DNA of 64,000 nucleotides from Desulfobacterales bacterium (GTDB lineage: Bacteria; Desulfobacterota; Desulfobacteria; Desulfobacterales; UBA5852). Each line of letters opens with the position of its first letter. The first letter of the stretch is position 1. A model generated the notes under the pieces. That model saw only the letters and a program-made list of their open reading frames with translations, had not been told where the DNA came from and did no database searches. The translations under genes were made by a program, and so were the position numbers. This document shows, one piece after another, positions 54,033-62,805 of this stretch. The DNA is taken from assembly GCA_963674755.2 (NCBI GenBank), contig CAXXVS010000001.1:672001-736000 (forward strand). The letters are read 5' to 3'.

Positions 54033-54419
54033 ATGTCCGATACTTTATTAGGTGTAATTATTGGAGGTCTAATAGCAAGCATTGGCCCATTAATTACTCT
54101 CAAAATGAACCATACGAAATGGAAGTGTGAAAAAAAACTCGAATACCTTAAGGAAAAGAGAAACAAGTTAGAAAAAGCATGTTCTGGAACACTAACAAAA
54201 ATTGCGGAAGGTATACTAAAGAATAATTATTCGTCCGATATGATGAGTGATATTGATTTTTTATTTCCTGAGAAGGTTTCAAAAGCATTTGAAAATCTGA
54301 TGAAAGAAGATGATAAAACAGAGCTTAAAATGCAAAAACATTATTATCTTATTGCTCGTGCTATGAAACAATCCATCGCAGAATTGGATGAAGATATTTG
54401 TAAAATTATATCTACATAG
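54033..54419 (+). CDS. cassette: small single-TM hypothetical protein
   Basis: Start GTTATGT matches end ACATAAC (54455). Confidence 0.8.
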   Translation: MSDTLLGVIIGGLIASIGPLITLKMNHTKWKCEKKLEYLKEKRNKLEKACSGTLTKIAEGILKNNYSSDMMSDIDFLFPEKVSKAFENLMKEDDKTELKMQKHYYLIARAMKQSIAELDEDICKIIST

Positions 54420-54486
54420 TTTAATACGATTTATTTATGGTGTACTCATAATGCACATAACAATCTAATCAACCGGAACCTGAACA

Positions 54487-54602
54487 GGGTCGCATCTTAA
54501 TTATTAACTATTGACATCTGCTCTATATCAGTTCGTTATACCGACGGACGATTCCGAAATAGAGTGAGGCAAATAGAACGTCGTATAATTAGGATTCGAC
54601 CC
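54487..54602. mobile_element. MITE/REP-like element A, copy 1 (splits an attC)
   Basis: GGGTCGCATCTTAATTA left end, degenerate right end; between an attC left half (54455) and right half (54652). Confidence 0.75.
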
Positions 54603-54667
54603 TCTTTATCTCCCAAACTATGTGTAGCGTCTGCTTATGGCCATCGTTATAACTTAAAGGAAATAAC

Positions 54668-55162
54668 ATGGATATAGGAAAGCTACTGTCAGATTTAAAA
54701 GGGAAGGTATTAGATGCCTCCCATTTTGATCTTCTAAGGCATGCATACGATCTGCAAGAGCAAAATATCGTACAACTTAAGAGCAATAATGCCGCGTTAA
54801 AGGAAAGCAACGATTTATTAAAAGACAAGCTTTCTTCTTACGTTAAAAAAATTGAAGATCTCGAAGAGGAAAATTCAAAACTTACCAAGCAAGTCATATC
54901 GCAATCAAATTCTAAATCAGAAAAAATTGTTTTGTCTGATAGTGCAATAGCAGTGCTAAAAAAGATCGTACAAGAAGATGTCACTGATTTTTATCAAAAT
55001 GCCATTATTGATGTTCTGGGGATGGGTAGAATAGCGACCCAAGCTGCACTTGATGAATTATCTGAAAAGGGCCTTATTGATTGCATGTCAGCAAGGCCTG
55101 GGTATGGCTTGCATTATCATCTAACAAGCAAAGCGAAGAAAGCGCTAACCAGTGTAGTATAG
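54668..55162 (+). CDS. cassette: coiled-coil + winged-helix-like protein
   Basis: Heptad stretch, then ALDELSEKGLID...YHLTSKA. Confidence 0.75.
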   Translation: MDIGKLLSDLKGKVLDASHFDLLRHAYDLQEQNIVQLKSNNAALKESNDLLKDKLSSYVKKIEDLEEENSKLTKQVISQSNSKSEKIVLSDSAIAVLKKIVQEDVTDFYQNAIIDVLGMGRIATQAALDELSEKGLIDCMSARPGYGLHYHLTSKAKKALTSVV

Positions 55163-55206
55163 TTATAATACATAAAGATTGAAACGACCTAAATAGGAAA
55201 GTATTT

Positions 55207-55329
55207 GGGTCGCATCTTAATTATTAACTATTAACATCTGTCCTATATCAGTTCGCTATACCAACTGACGATTTCGAAATAGAGTGAGGCAAATAAAACA
55301 TCGTATAATTGATAATTAAGATGCAATTC
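55207..55329. mobile_element. element A, copy 2
   Basis: Near-identical to copies 1 and 3. Confidence 0.8.
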
Positions 55330-55377
55330 TCTTTATCACCCTTTTTATGAATAATATGAATAAAAGGAGAAATCGGC

Positions 55378-55641
55378 ATGTATGCAATGTTATCACTTGA
55401 TTTAGACAGAAAAACCACAAAGGAACAGCGTGATAAGTTCTATGCATATTTGAAGAAGGAACTGTGGACAAAGATGCCGAAAGTGACTACAACATGGTAT
55501 GCTGACTTTTCAACTGGTGTTACGGAATCTGGGGTTATTTCAACAACAAAAGCTGACGTTGCAAATGCTGCGAAACATGCTGGTGTCACTGCATATGATG
55601 CTGTTGTTCATGTTGGACCATCTAAACCAACACCATTCTAA
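55378..55641 (+). CDS. cassette: small ferredoxin-fold protein, possibly Cas2/VapD-like
   Basis: AAGGAG RBS; MYAMLSLDL...QRDKFYAYL pattern; 87 aa. Confidence 0.6.
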   Translation: MYAMLSLDLDRKTTKEQRDKFYAYLKKELWTKMPKVTTTWYADFSTGVTESGVISTTKADVANAAKHAGVTAYDAVVHVGPSKPTPF

Positions 55642-55705
55642 AGAAAGGCCAAATAGGAACCTGAATAGGGTCACCCATTAAAAGACTCGTCAAAGGTGTT
55701 CTGAG

Positions 55706-56623
55706 ATGAAAGAAACATGTCCAATCTGCAATAACCAAATGAACTACACTTCGATTGGTAGCCGGGATGCTTCCTCAATAACTTGTGAGATATGCGGTGA
55801 ATATATTTTAACAAGAACAGCTTTAGTGAATTTAAGAAGCTCTAATTTGACGCCACGCCAAAGAGCGAATATTTATGGATGGTTGAGGATGAATCCGCAT
55901 TTCGAAATATCAACCGCTAATATTGATAGCCTTGAGAGACTCCCGAATCCATCCTTTCATGACAGAGCAGATAATTTGTTGTTGTATTTTGAAAATTTGA
56001 CGTCATACGCTGGGAAAAAACTCAATAAAAACAATTCATGGCTGGGTTTCTCTTCGAGTCTTAATCAAGATGAACTTAATGAAACAATTTCTTTCCTTGA
56101 ATCTGTAGGTCGTATTAGCCAAGAAAAAGTTGCTCCAAATCACCTTATCAAAATTGAGCCACAAGGGTGGTCTCATTTAGAAAAGATCAAGAAGATAAAT
56201 GAAGATAGTAATCAAGGATTTGTTGCAATGTGGTTTTCTGAAGATATGCAGAAAATTTACGATAGTGTTATATCAAAAGCAATTCTATCAGCTGGTTACT
56301 CGCCGCATCGTGTAGACCAGCGTGAGCACAATAATAAAATTGATGATGAAATCATTGCACAGATACGGAAAAGCCGGTTTGTTATAGCAGATTTCACTGG
56401 GCATAGAGGTGGTGTTTATTTCGAAGCTGGTTTTGCTAAAGGCCTAAATATCGAAGTGTTTTGGACATGTCGAGAAGATGATCTCGAAAATTTGCACTTT
56501 GACGTGAGGCAATATAACTGCATCACTTGGGAAATCGATAAATTGAATGAATTTGAAAATAAAATCAAAAATAGAATAGAAGCAGTTTTAGGGAGGGGCT
56601 CAGGACCAGGTATCGCCTTTTGA
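55706..56623 (+). CDS. cassette: Zn-ribbon + wHTH + nucleoside 2-deoxyribosyltransferase/TIR-like domain protein
   Basis: CPIC/CEIC; GFVAMWF, SRFVIADFT, GVYFEAGFA. Confidence 0.75.
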   Translation: MKETCPICNNQMNYTSIGSRDASSITCEICGEYILTRTALVNLRSSNLTPRQRANIYGWLRMNPHFEISTANIDSLERLPNPSFHDRADNLLLYFENLTSYAGKKLNKNNSWLGFSSSLNQDELNETISFLESVGRISQEKVAPNHLIKIEPQGWSHLEKIKKINEDSNQGFVAMWFSEDMQKIYDSVISKAILSAGYSPHRVDQREHNNKIDDEIIAQIRKSRFVIADFTGHRGGVYFEAGFAKGLNIEVFWTCREDDLENLHFDVRQYNCITWEIDKLNEFENKIKNRIEAVLGRGSGPGIAF

Positions 56624-56663
56624 CAATTTTTATATAAGGGAACCTGAATAGGAGAAAGTGTTG

Positions 56664-56786
56664 GGGTCGCATCTTAATTATTAACTATTGACATCTGCCC
56701 TATATCAGTTCGCTATACAGACCGACAATTCCGAAATAGAGTGAGGCAAATAAAACATCGTATAATTACTAATTAAGATCCGACCC
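56664..56786. mobile_element. element A, copy 3
   Basis: 17-bp terminal inverted repeats GGGTCGCATCTTAATTA / TAATTAAGATCCGACCC (1 mismatch). Confidence 0.8.
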
Positions 56787-57022
56787 TCGTTCCCTCTCCA
56801 GTGCATCAGAGTGCACTTTGTACTGTTTTAAGACGCTGTTTAGAGCACCAAATCATGCCCCGTAAATTGATGAGATTTGTTACTGATTATAAACTAATAT
56901 CTCAATATTTATACATTTCACGGAGAGAATAAAAAATCAGTTTTGCGGTCTAGGGCACAGGAAATGTGGCATTTGCCTTAAAATTTCGGTTCTCTAAACT
57001 AGGTTAGAACAGCAAAATAGGA

Positions 57023-57448
57023 TTGAACATAGTGGATTGGAAAAAGTTCATAGAAGACTTATTAAAGTATGCAATTGTAATCGCCCCTGTTATTCTTTCT
57101 GCAGTTTTGGGCTATCTTTTTGCAAAATTTAGGGCCTTTCGTGAAGAAAAACAGAAAGCTTATAGTGAACTGCTACCTATCATAGTCAAGATGCTATATG
57201 ACCCTCAACCTGAAATCGAATCGGAATTTAGTAGATCATTAATGAAATTATGGCTCTATGCAAACAAGCGCGTAGCGAAAAAGTTAGATCATGCTATTGG
57301 ACTTTTTCATAAACCTGATAAACGAAATGAAGTTACCAAGGCTCTTCAAGAGGCGATAGTCGAAATGCGCAAGGATATACAAATTTTGCCTTGGCAAAGG
57401 TTGAAGCCTGATGATGTTCGTCATCTTTATACTAAAATTTCAAAATGA
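57023..57448 (+). CDS. cassette: single-TM hypothetical protein
   Basis: Start GTTAGAA (57003) matches end TTCTAAC (57454). Confidence 0.8.
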   Translation: MNIVDWKKFIEDLLKYAIVIAPVILSAVLGYLFAKFRAFREEKQKAYSELLPIIVKMLYDPQPEIESEFSRSLMKLWLYANKRVAKKLDHAIGLFHKPDKRNEVTKALQEAIVEMRKDIQILPWQRLKPDDVRHLYTKISK

Positions 57449-57453
57449 AGTTG

Positions 57454-57520
57454 TTCTAACATTTTGCTTCACCAGATTCGGGCCAAAAAGCGGCCCTCTC
57501 TGGTGAGCAATTCGTTATGG
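57454..57520 (+). other. attC site
   Basis: TTCTAAC...TTGCTTCACCAGA/TCTGGTGAGCAA...GTTATGG. Confidence 0.9.
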
Positions 57521-57682
57521 ATCTAAAGAGATGACAGATACTAAAACCACAGAATCGCAGGAAGGCGAATCTACAAAATTCGAGTCAACTCCAAATATTG
57601 GAATAGAGAAAGAGACTTATGGAATAGAACCTAAACATTTATCCACCCAAAAAGATGACAAAAAATGCAAGGAAGGTCTAAT

Positions 57683-57744
57683 GGGGTCAAGTCTGCCCAT
57701 GACTCAATTAAATTTCAAGATGAGTCATGAGCAGACTTGACCCC
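57683..57744. repeat. 62-bp palindromic REP-like element B, copy 1
   Basis: GGGGTCAAGTCTGCCCATGACTCA...TGAGTCATGAGCAGACTTGACCCC. Confidence 0.85.
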
Positions 57745-57780
57745 AAGACCACAAGAATAGACCCTAAGAATGCAAAAAAT

Positions 57781-58173
57781 ATGACCAAACGAAATATTGT
57801 ATATTTAATCATATCCGTTATTATCTTTCTGCCTCTTTTAAGCTATGCCATTAATCCATTACACAAGTCGCCTGACAAAATAAAAAATAAACTTATTAAA
57901 AAAACTAAAATAGGTTTTACAAAAGAAAAGGTGAAAGAAATCGGGAAGGCCCAGCTGAATTTAATTTTGAGAGAAGATGAGTATGGACCTCCTGATAGAG
58001 AAATGGTGATCCCTTTCAAAGATATCCTTCATACCTACTTAGAAGCTGAATTAGGATCTCATTTTTCACATGATTACTTTGTTTTTAGAACCTATGTTTA
58101 TGCCTATTGGGTGTTCGATAGAAATGATAAACTTATAGATATATTGATCTATAAAGAAACTGACGCCCTATAA
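57781..58173 (+). CDS. cassette: exported hypothetical protein
   Basis: MTKRNIVYLIISVIIF signal/anchor; the longer ORF-track start lies inside element B. Confidence 0.7.
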   Translation: MTKRNIVYLIISVIIFLPLLSYAINPLHKSPDKIKNKLIKKTKIGFTKEKVKEIGKAQLNLILREDEYGPPDREMVIPFKDILHTYLEAELGSHFSHDYFVFRTYVYAYWVFDRNDKLIDILIYKETDAL

Positions 58174-58181
58174 AAATTCAG

Positions 58182-58243
58182 ACATAACCTGCTGCTGGTT
58201 GGGACGCGCAGGGGCTGCGCGCCCCACATCAGAGGCGCTAAAA
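58182..58243 (+). other. attC site with a non-canonical right end (G|CTA)
   Basis: ACATAAC...GGGACGCGCAG/CTGCGCGCCCC...GCTAAAA. Confidence 0.7.
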
Positions 58244-58620
58244 AAAATTTTCTCAATATCACTTCCCGAGATGGGGGTTTGCGGATTAAATACCCGGTAT
58301 TCCTCATAACGTCTCTGCAGCACAGGCCATTAACCACCATGCTCAACGGCACCCACTTTTTACTGACCTACACCTGCAACTTCGAATGCGACCACTGCTT
58401 TCTGTATTGCAGCCCATGGTCGAAGGGGACGTTTAGCATCGGTCAGGTGACGCGGGTGCTGGACGAGGTTCGGAAGATCGGCACGGTGGAATGGATTTTT
58501 TACGAGGGCGGCGAACCGTTTCTCTTCTACCCGCTGCTGTTGGAGAGTGTCCACCGGGCGGCGGAACGCGGGTTCAAGGTGGGAATCGTGACCAACGCCT
58601 AAACGTTGAGGCAAGGTGAA
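58241..58620 (+). repeat. direct repeat copy 1 (~380 bp) with a truncated radical SAM N-terminus
   Basis: Near-identical to 62423-62804; encodes CNFECDHC...EGGEP...IVTNA*. Confidence 0.92.
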
Positions 58621-58625
58621 GTAAT

Positions 58626-58687
58626 GGGGTCAAGTCTTCCCATGACTCAATTAAATTTCAAGATGAGTCATGAGCAGACTTGACCCC
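58626..58687. repeat. element B, copy 2
   Basis: One difference from copy 1; same TAAT and AAGACC flanks. Confidence 0.85.
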
Positions 58688-58696
58688 AAGACCCCT

Positions 58697-58715
58697 CATA
58701 ATATTATAGTTGGAC
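58697..58715 (+). other. attI-like array start 2
   Basis: CATAATATTATA|GTTGGAC; complementary to R'' GTCCAAC at 59345. Confidence 0.6.
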
Positions 58716-58722
58716 TAAAAAA

Positions 58723-59331
58723 ATGCCAAATTGTGATTACTATGGAACAATTGATGATCATGGAGATATATTAGAATTTCTATTTTCCGAAAATTTATGT
58801 GATATATTTGAATTGTATTCTGAGGTTGAAAGGCCTTTAAAAAAATTCAATTCACCTGAAGAAGTTCTAAGTCAATTTTCAAGATGTTATACAACAGGAA
58901 AAAAATGGCATACTGTTTACTTGCAGCTTTATGTAAAAGGGGCTGGACCAGATTTTAAGCCAACACTTAAAGAGTTGGTGCCTGAAAAAAATGATGGAGC
59001 TACTTTCAAATATAGGGCAGAAGGATGGGGATTGATTCAATTATATCTTTCTACGACAGTTGATAAGATATTACGTGATTCGCACTCAAATCATAATACT
59101 GAAAAACGAGCTAATAAATGGTCAAGTATCTGTAGTGAGTTAGAGGATCCTTCACTTTGGGACTTTTCAAAAATTACGAAATTCTCATCGCGGCTTAATC
59201 GGCAAATAAGAAAGAAGAAGGTGGCAAAATTAAATAGCCGCGTGGTGCTACCAGGCGGTTTAAAAGCATGGGATGAAGGGTGTACTCTGGCTCCATATCA
59301 TCCGGATAAGCATGAAATTGAAAGACTGTAA
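58723..59331 (+). CDS. cassette: hypothetical protein
   Basis: AT-rich ORF with matching cassette ends. Confidence 0.8.
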   Translation: MPNCDYYGTIDDHGDILEFLFSENLCDIFELYSEVERPLKKFNSPEEVLSQFSRCYTTGKKWHTVYLQLYVKGAGPDFKPTLKELVPEKNDGATFKYRAEGWGLIQLYLSTTVDKILRDSHSNHNTEKRANKWSSICSELEDPSLWDFSKITKFSSRLNRQIRKKKVAKLNSRVVLPGGLKAWDEGCTLAPYHPDKHEIERL

Positions 59332-59344
59332 ATTGTTAATCAGA

Positions 59345-59412
59345 GTCCAACAATTGGTTCCAGGTGACGCATTCCGCTGCGCTGCATGCGCCCCTGAACC
59401 ATAGCGTTGGGT
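59345..59412 (+). other. attC site
   Basis: GTCCAAC...TGGTTCCAGG/CCTGAACCA...GTTGGGT. Confidence 0.9.
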
Positions 59413-59427
59413 CAATAGGAATAAGTA

Positions 59428-60297
59428 ATGTTAAAGAAATTCGTAGATGGACTAATATTTGGTGCAGGCTTCGGCATTACATTCGTAGCGATTTTGTTCG
59501 CTTCCATATATTTCATATTACCAACTTTAGCAAAGAAATCATTTAATTCTTTAACTCCAACATCTCAAAACACCTTAGCAACTGTGCCAGCTATCGAGGC
59601 ACCAAAAACTCGCTATCTTGGTTCCACCAACATATCTTCAAGTGGTTTTACTCAAAAAGGAATACTGGCTACCGGTGATGGAAAAATAATAGGTAGTGCT
59701 ACAACCAACGGGAAGCTCCTCAATGGCCTAAAACTCCGATTAGCATTGAACGGTAGTGTTTATAGCTCTTGGGCTACCACTGATTTAGCAGGCGAATATA
59801 CAGTTAAAGTGCCTTACGGTGACTATATTATAGACGGTTTTGAATTTGATAAAACAACGGCTGATGAATTGTTGCCGAATATGATCTTACATCCTCAAAA
59901 CCCGCATTCGAGTAACAAATTTCAAGTAAATTCGTTGTCAGAGGGACGAGGCCTAACCTTTAAATTTGTAAATCCAATTATGAAGAAAATCAAAAAAAGC
60001 AAATTTAGTTCCGACGAGGATGTCATACTTGAATGGGAAGATTACCCAAATGCATCAAGCTATACTTTGCAAATTGATGAGAAATCTGATCCCTATTCTT
60101 GGGCGAGCGACCACTTATTTGAATGGTCTGATAGACCTGAAGTTTCAAAGTCGCATATTAACTTAAGTGAATACAAAATAAAATTGAAGCCTGGGAATTT
60201 TTATACAATAGATATTAGCGCCAAAGACAAAAACGGGAATTGGATATCAGAAAGTGCAAGAAACTACTCTGGCTATGATTTCGAAATTATAAAATAG
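59428..60297 (+). CDS. cassette: membrane-anchored beta-sandwich (carboxypeptidase-regulatory/Fn3-like) protein
   Basis: TM; ATTDLAGEY...PYGDY; LEWEDYPNASSY; start GTTGGGT matches end ACCCAAC. Confidence 0.75.
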   Translation: MLKKFVDGLIFGAGFGITFVAILFASIYFILPTLAKKSFNSLTPTSQNTLATVPAIEAPKTRYLGSTNISSSGFTQKGILATGDGKIIGSATTNGKLLNGLKLRLALNGSVYSSWATTDLAGEYTVKVPYGDYIIDGFEFDKTTADELLPNMILHPQNPHSSNKFQVNSLSEGRGLTFKFVNPIMKKIKKSKFSSDEDVILEWEDYPNASSYTLQIDEKSDPYSWASDHLFEWSDRPEVSKSHINLSEYKIKLKPGNFYTIDISAKDKNGNWISESARNYSGYDFEIIK

Positions 60298-60307
60298 AAT
60301 TCATGCG

Positions 60308-60362
60308 ACCCAACATTGGGCTGTTGCCGACTCGGTTCCCTCGCGGCAAAGCTCTGGCGCTA
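60308..60362 (+). other. terminal attC site, interrupted at its right end by the intron
   Basis: ACCCAAC...GCTGTTGCCG/CGGCAAAGC...GCGCTA. Confidence 0.75.
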
Positions 60363-62420
60363 TCGCGCCGAGCAAAGCTCGGCGCATCTTGCAGGGTGTA
60401 AGTCCCTGCCGGGAGAGAGTCGGCAACGGCTTTCTGTAAGGGTTAGCCCCCCACCCGTATCGAGCCTTGGGTCCATGGCGGAGATGCTTTCTGATCATTG
60501 TAAGTGCTGGAAGCCGCTGTATTGGCTGGAAACGAGCCGCGACCCGGGAGACCGGTGGCATTCGCGGATGGTCTCACCCCACTGAACGAACAATGGAGCA
60601 GAGGTATCGAACAAGATGGGCTAAGCGTAGGCAGAGAATCCTGTAGGCCGTAGGGGAGACCGCGCTCCCTGAAGAGCTGGTACAGCTTCGAAATAGCAAT
60701 TGCGGACGCCGAGGGTTTTAACGTGCACCGAAGGCAACACAGAAGCATCCGTTACAGGCGAGGATGTGAAGGTCCGCCGGAGTCATCAGGCCGTGGCATG
60801 CAGGAAGAGATGCGCTGTAGAACTCGGGAAGCCCCAGAGGCTCCTGTGGGGAAGGAATCCGCAGGTGGGAGCGGAGACGCTCTACATGCCGATGGGGTGT
60901 CTTATCAGGCATACTACTCAGCGGTGGGGAAAGCCCACTACACGGGGAAGGACCTGACGGAAGTACGCAGCCTGCAAAGGAAACTCGTACCGGACAAAGT
61001 CGGGCTGGAGCAATACGAGCCAACCTCCCTGCAGGGGATAGCAACGAAGGCGGAAGTACGAACAGCACACCGTTTTCAGGATCTGTACCGGTGTCTAAAC
61101 GCCCGATTTTTGGCAGACTGCTGGAAGGATTTGAACAAAGATGCGGCCAGCGGAATCGATCAAGTGACGGCGGAGGCCTACGAGGAGAATCTTGAGGCCA
61201 ATATCAAGGCACTGGAAAAGCGCCTGAGACAAAAGCGGTACCGCGCCAAATTGGTGCGGCGATGTTACATTCCTAAGGGCAATGGGGAAGAGAGGCCACT
61301 TGGCATACCGGCACTTGAGGACAGATTGTTGCAGTTAGCGTGTGCCAAGATTTTAACATCGATTTTCGAATCGGATTTTGTAGAGACCAGTTACGCTTAT
61401 CGTCCCAAACGAAGCGCCAAAGAGGCAATAGAAGATTTGCAGTTCAATCTTCAGTTTGGGAAGTTTGGCTACATTGTCGAGGCTGATATACAAGGCTTTT
61501 TCGACAATATTGACCATGACTGGGTTTTACGGATGCTCCGGGAGCGGATTGATGACGCGGCGTTTCTAACCCTGCTCGGCAAGTGGCTGAAGGCTGGGGT
61601 ACTGGATACGGATGGTAAGGTGATTCATCCGGAGTCGGGAACGCCGCAAGGCGGGAGCGTATCGCCGGTACTGGCAAACGTATATCTGCATTTTGCTCTG
61701 GATCTGTGGTTTGAAAAGCGTGTGAAGGCGCAGAGTTGTGGTGAGGCGTTTATTCTCAGGTACGCCGATGACTTCATATGCGCCTTTCGCTATCGCGATG
61801 ACGCCGAGAGGTTCTATCATGAGCTGCCCAATCGGTTGAGCAAGTTCAAACTCGCGGTGGCACCCGAGAAGAGCGAAATGATACGTTTCAGCCGCTTTCA
61901 TCCAGGGATGCAAAGCCGGATCATGTTTTTAGGCTTTGAGGCCTATTGGATGGAAGACCCCAAGGGTGCGGTTAAAGTGAGACTGCGAACGGCCCGCAAG
62001 AAGCTGCACGATGCCTGCCGACGCATCAAGGGGTGGATAAAGGAGAACCGTCATCTGAAGGGGGCAAACTTTATAAGAGCGCTGAACCGGAGGTTGCAGG
62101 GCCATTACAATTACTTCAATGTGCCCGGCAACTTGAATTCGTTGTGGCGTTTTTACCGCTGGTCAGTGGACTGTGCATTCAAATGGCTGAACCGGCGAGG
62201 GGGAAAGCGTAAAAGCTTTACCTGGAAAGTGTTCACACGCGCCATAGACCGGTTAGGTGTCGCCAAGCCCCAAATGGAGATGGTCAACCGAAAACATCGC
62301 GTGTTTGTATAGTGCAAAGGCCTTACGCGGAAGCGAGTACAACCGAGGAACCGGATGCGGGAAAACCGCACGTCCGGGTCTGTGCGGGGGGCGCTGGGTA
62401 ACCGGCGTTCCTACCGTGAG
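60363..62420 (+). mobile_element. group II intron (boundaries +/-2 nt)
   Basis: 5' TCGCG; domain V GAACCGGATGCG-GGAAAA-CCGCACGTCCGGGTC at 62348-62380; domain VI ending CCTACCGTGAG; RT ORF inside. Confidence 0.92.
60723..62312 (+). CDS. ltrA: group II intron reverse transcriptase/maturase, no endonuclease domain
   Basis: RPLGIP, DIQGFFD, GTPQGG, YADD, X domain (LQGHYNYF); true start probably near 61000. Confidence 0.93.
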   Translation: MHRRQHRSIRYRRGCEGPPESSGRGMQEEMRCRTREAPEAPVGKESAGGSGDALHADGVSYQAYYSAVGKAHYTGKDLTEVRSLQRKLVPDKVGLEQYEPTSLQGIATKAEVRTAHRFQDLYRCLNARFLADCWKDLNKDAASGIDQVTAEAYEENLEANIKALEKRLRQKRYRAKLVRRCYIPKGNGEERPLGIPALEDRLLQLACAKILTSIFESDFVETSYAYRPKRSAKEAIEDLQFNLQFGKFGYIVEADIQGFFDNIDHDWVLRMLRERIDDAAFLTLLGKWLKAGVLDTDGKVIHPESGTPQGGSVSPVLANVYLHFALDLWFEKRVKAQSCGEAFILRYADDFICAFRYRDDAERFYHELPNRLSKFKLAVAPEKSEMIRFSRFHPGMQSRIMFLGFEAYWMEDPKGAVKVRLRTARKKLHDACRRIKGWIKENRHLKGANFIRALNRRLQGHYNYFNVPGNLNSLWRFYRWSVDCAFKWLNRRGGKRKSFTWKVFTRAIDRLGVAKPQMEMVNRKHRVFV

Positions 62421-62422
62421 AT

Positions 62423-62804
62423 AAAAAAATTTCTTCTCAATATCACTTCCCGAGATGGGGGCTTGCGGATTAAATACCCGGTATTCCTCATAACGTCTCT
62501 GCAGCACAGGCCATTAACCACCATGCTCAACGGCACCCACTTTTTACTGACCTACACCTGCAACTTCGAATGCGACCACTGCTTTCTGTATTGCAGCCCA
62601 TGGTCGAAGGGGACGTTTAGCATCGGTCAGGTGACGCGGGTGCTGGACGAGGTCCGGAAGATCGGCACGGTGGAATGGATTTTTTACGAGGGCGGCGAAC
62701 CGCTTCTCTTCTACCCGCTGCTGTTGGAGAGTGTCCGCCGGGCGGCGGAACGCGGGTTCAAGGTGAGAATCGTGACCAACGCCTAAACGTTGAGGCAAGG
62801 TGAA
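62423..62804 (+). repeat. direct repeat copy 2 with a truncated radical SAM N-terminus
   Basis: Near-identical to 58241-58620. Confidence 0.92.
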
Positions 62805-62805
62805 T

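Larger units (their letters stand above)
50324..62420 (+). mobile_element. integron gene-cassette array lacking an integrase in the window (CALIN-like)
   Basis: Co-oriented AT-rich ORFs separated by RYYYAAC...GTTRRRY imperfect palindromes. Confidence 0.9.

Noticed and set aside
56689..56766. sigma70 promoter inside element A (TTGACA and TATAAT)
   Set aside because: The hexamers are not at 16-18 bp spacing, so a promoter is unsupported without TSS data.
49720..56852. Short shared words (CCAGTGCATCA) at ~49744 and ~56798
   Set aside because: Only an 11-mer plus loose similarity; not enough to define an element.
54487..58693. CRISPR array
   Set aside because: The repeats are 62-123 bp and separated by whole genes; there are no regular spacers and no cas operon.
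60723..62312. Retron, DGR or Abi-type RT
   Set aside because: Domain X and flanking intron domains V/VI identify a group II intron; no TR/VR pair or msr-msd was seen.
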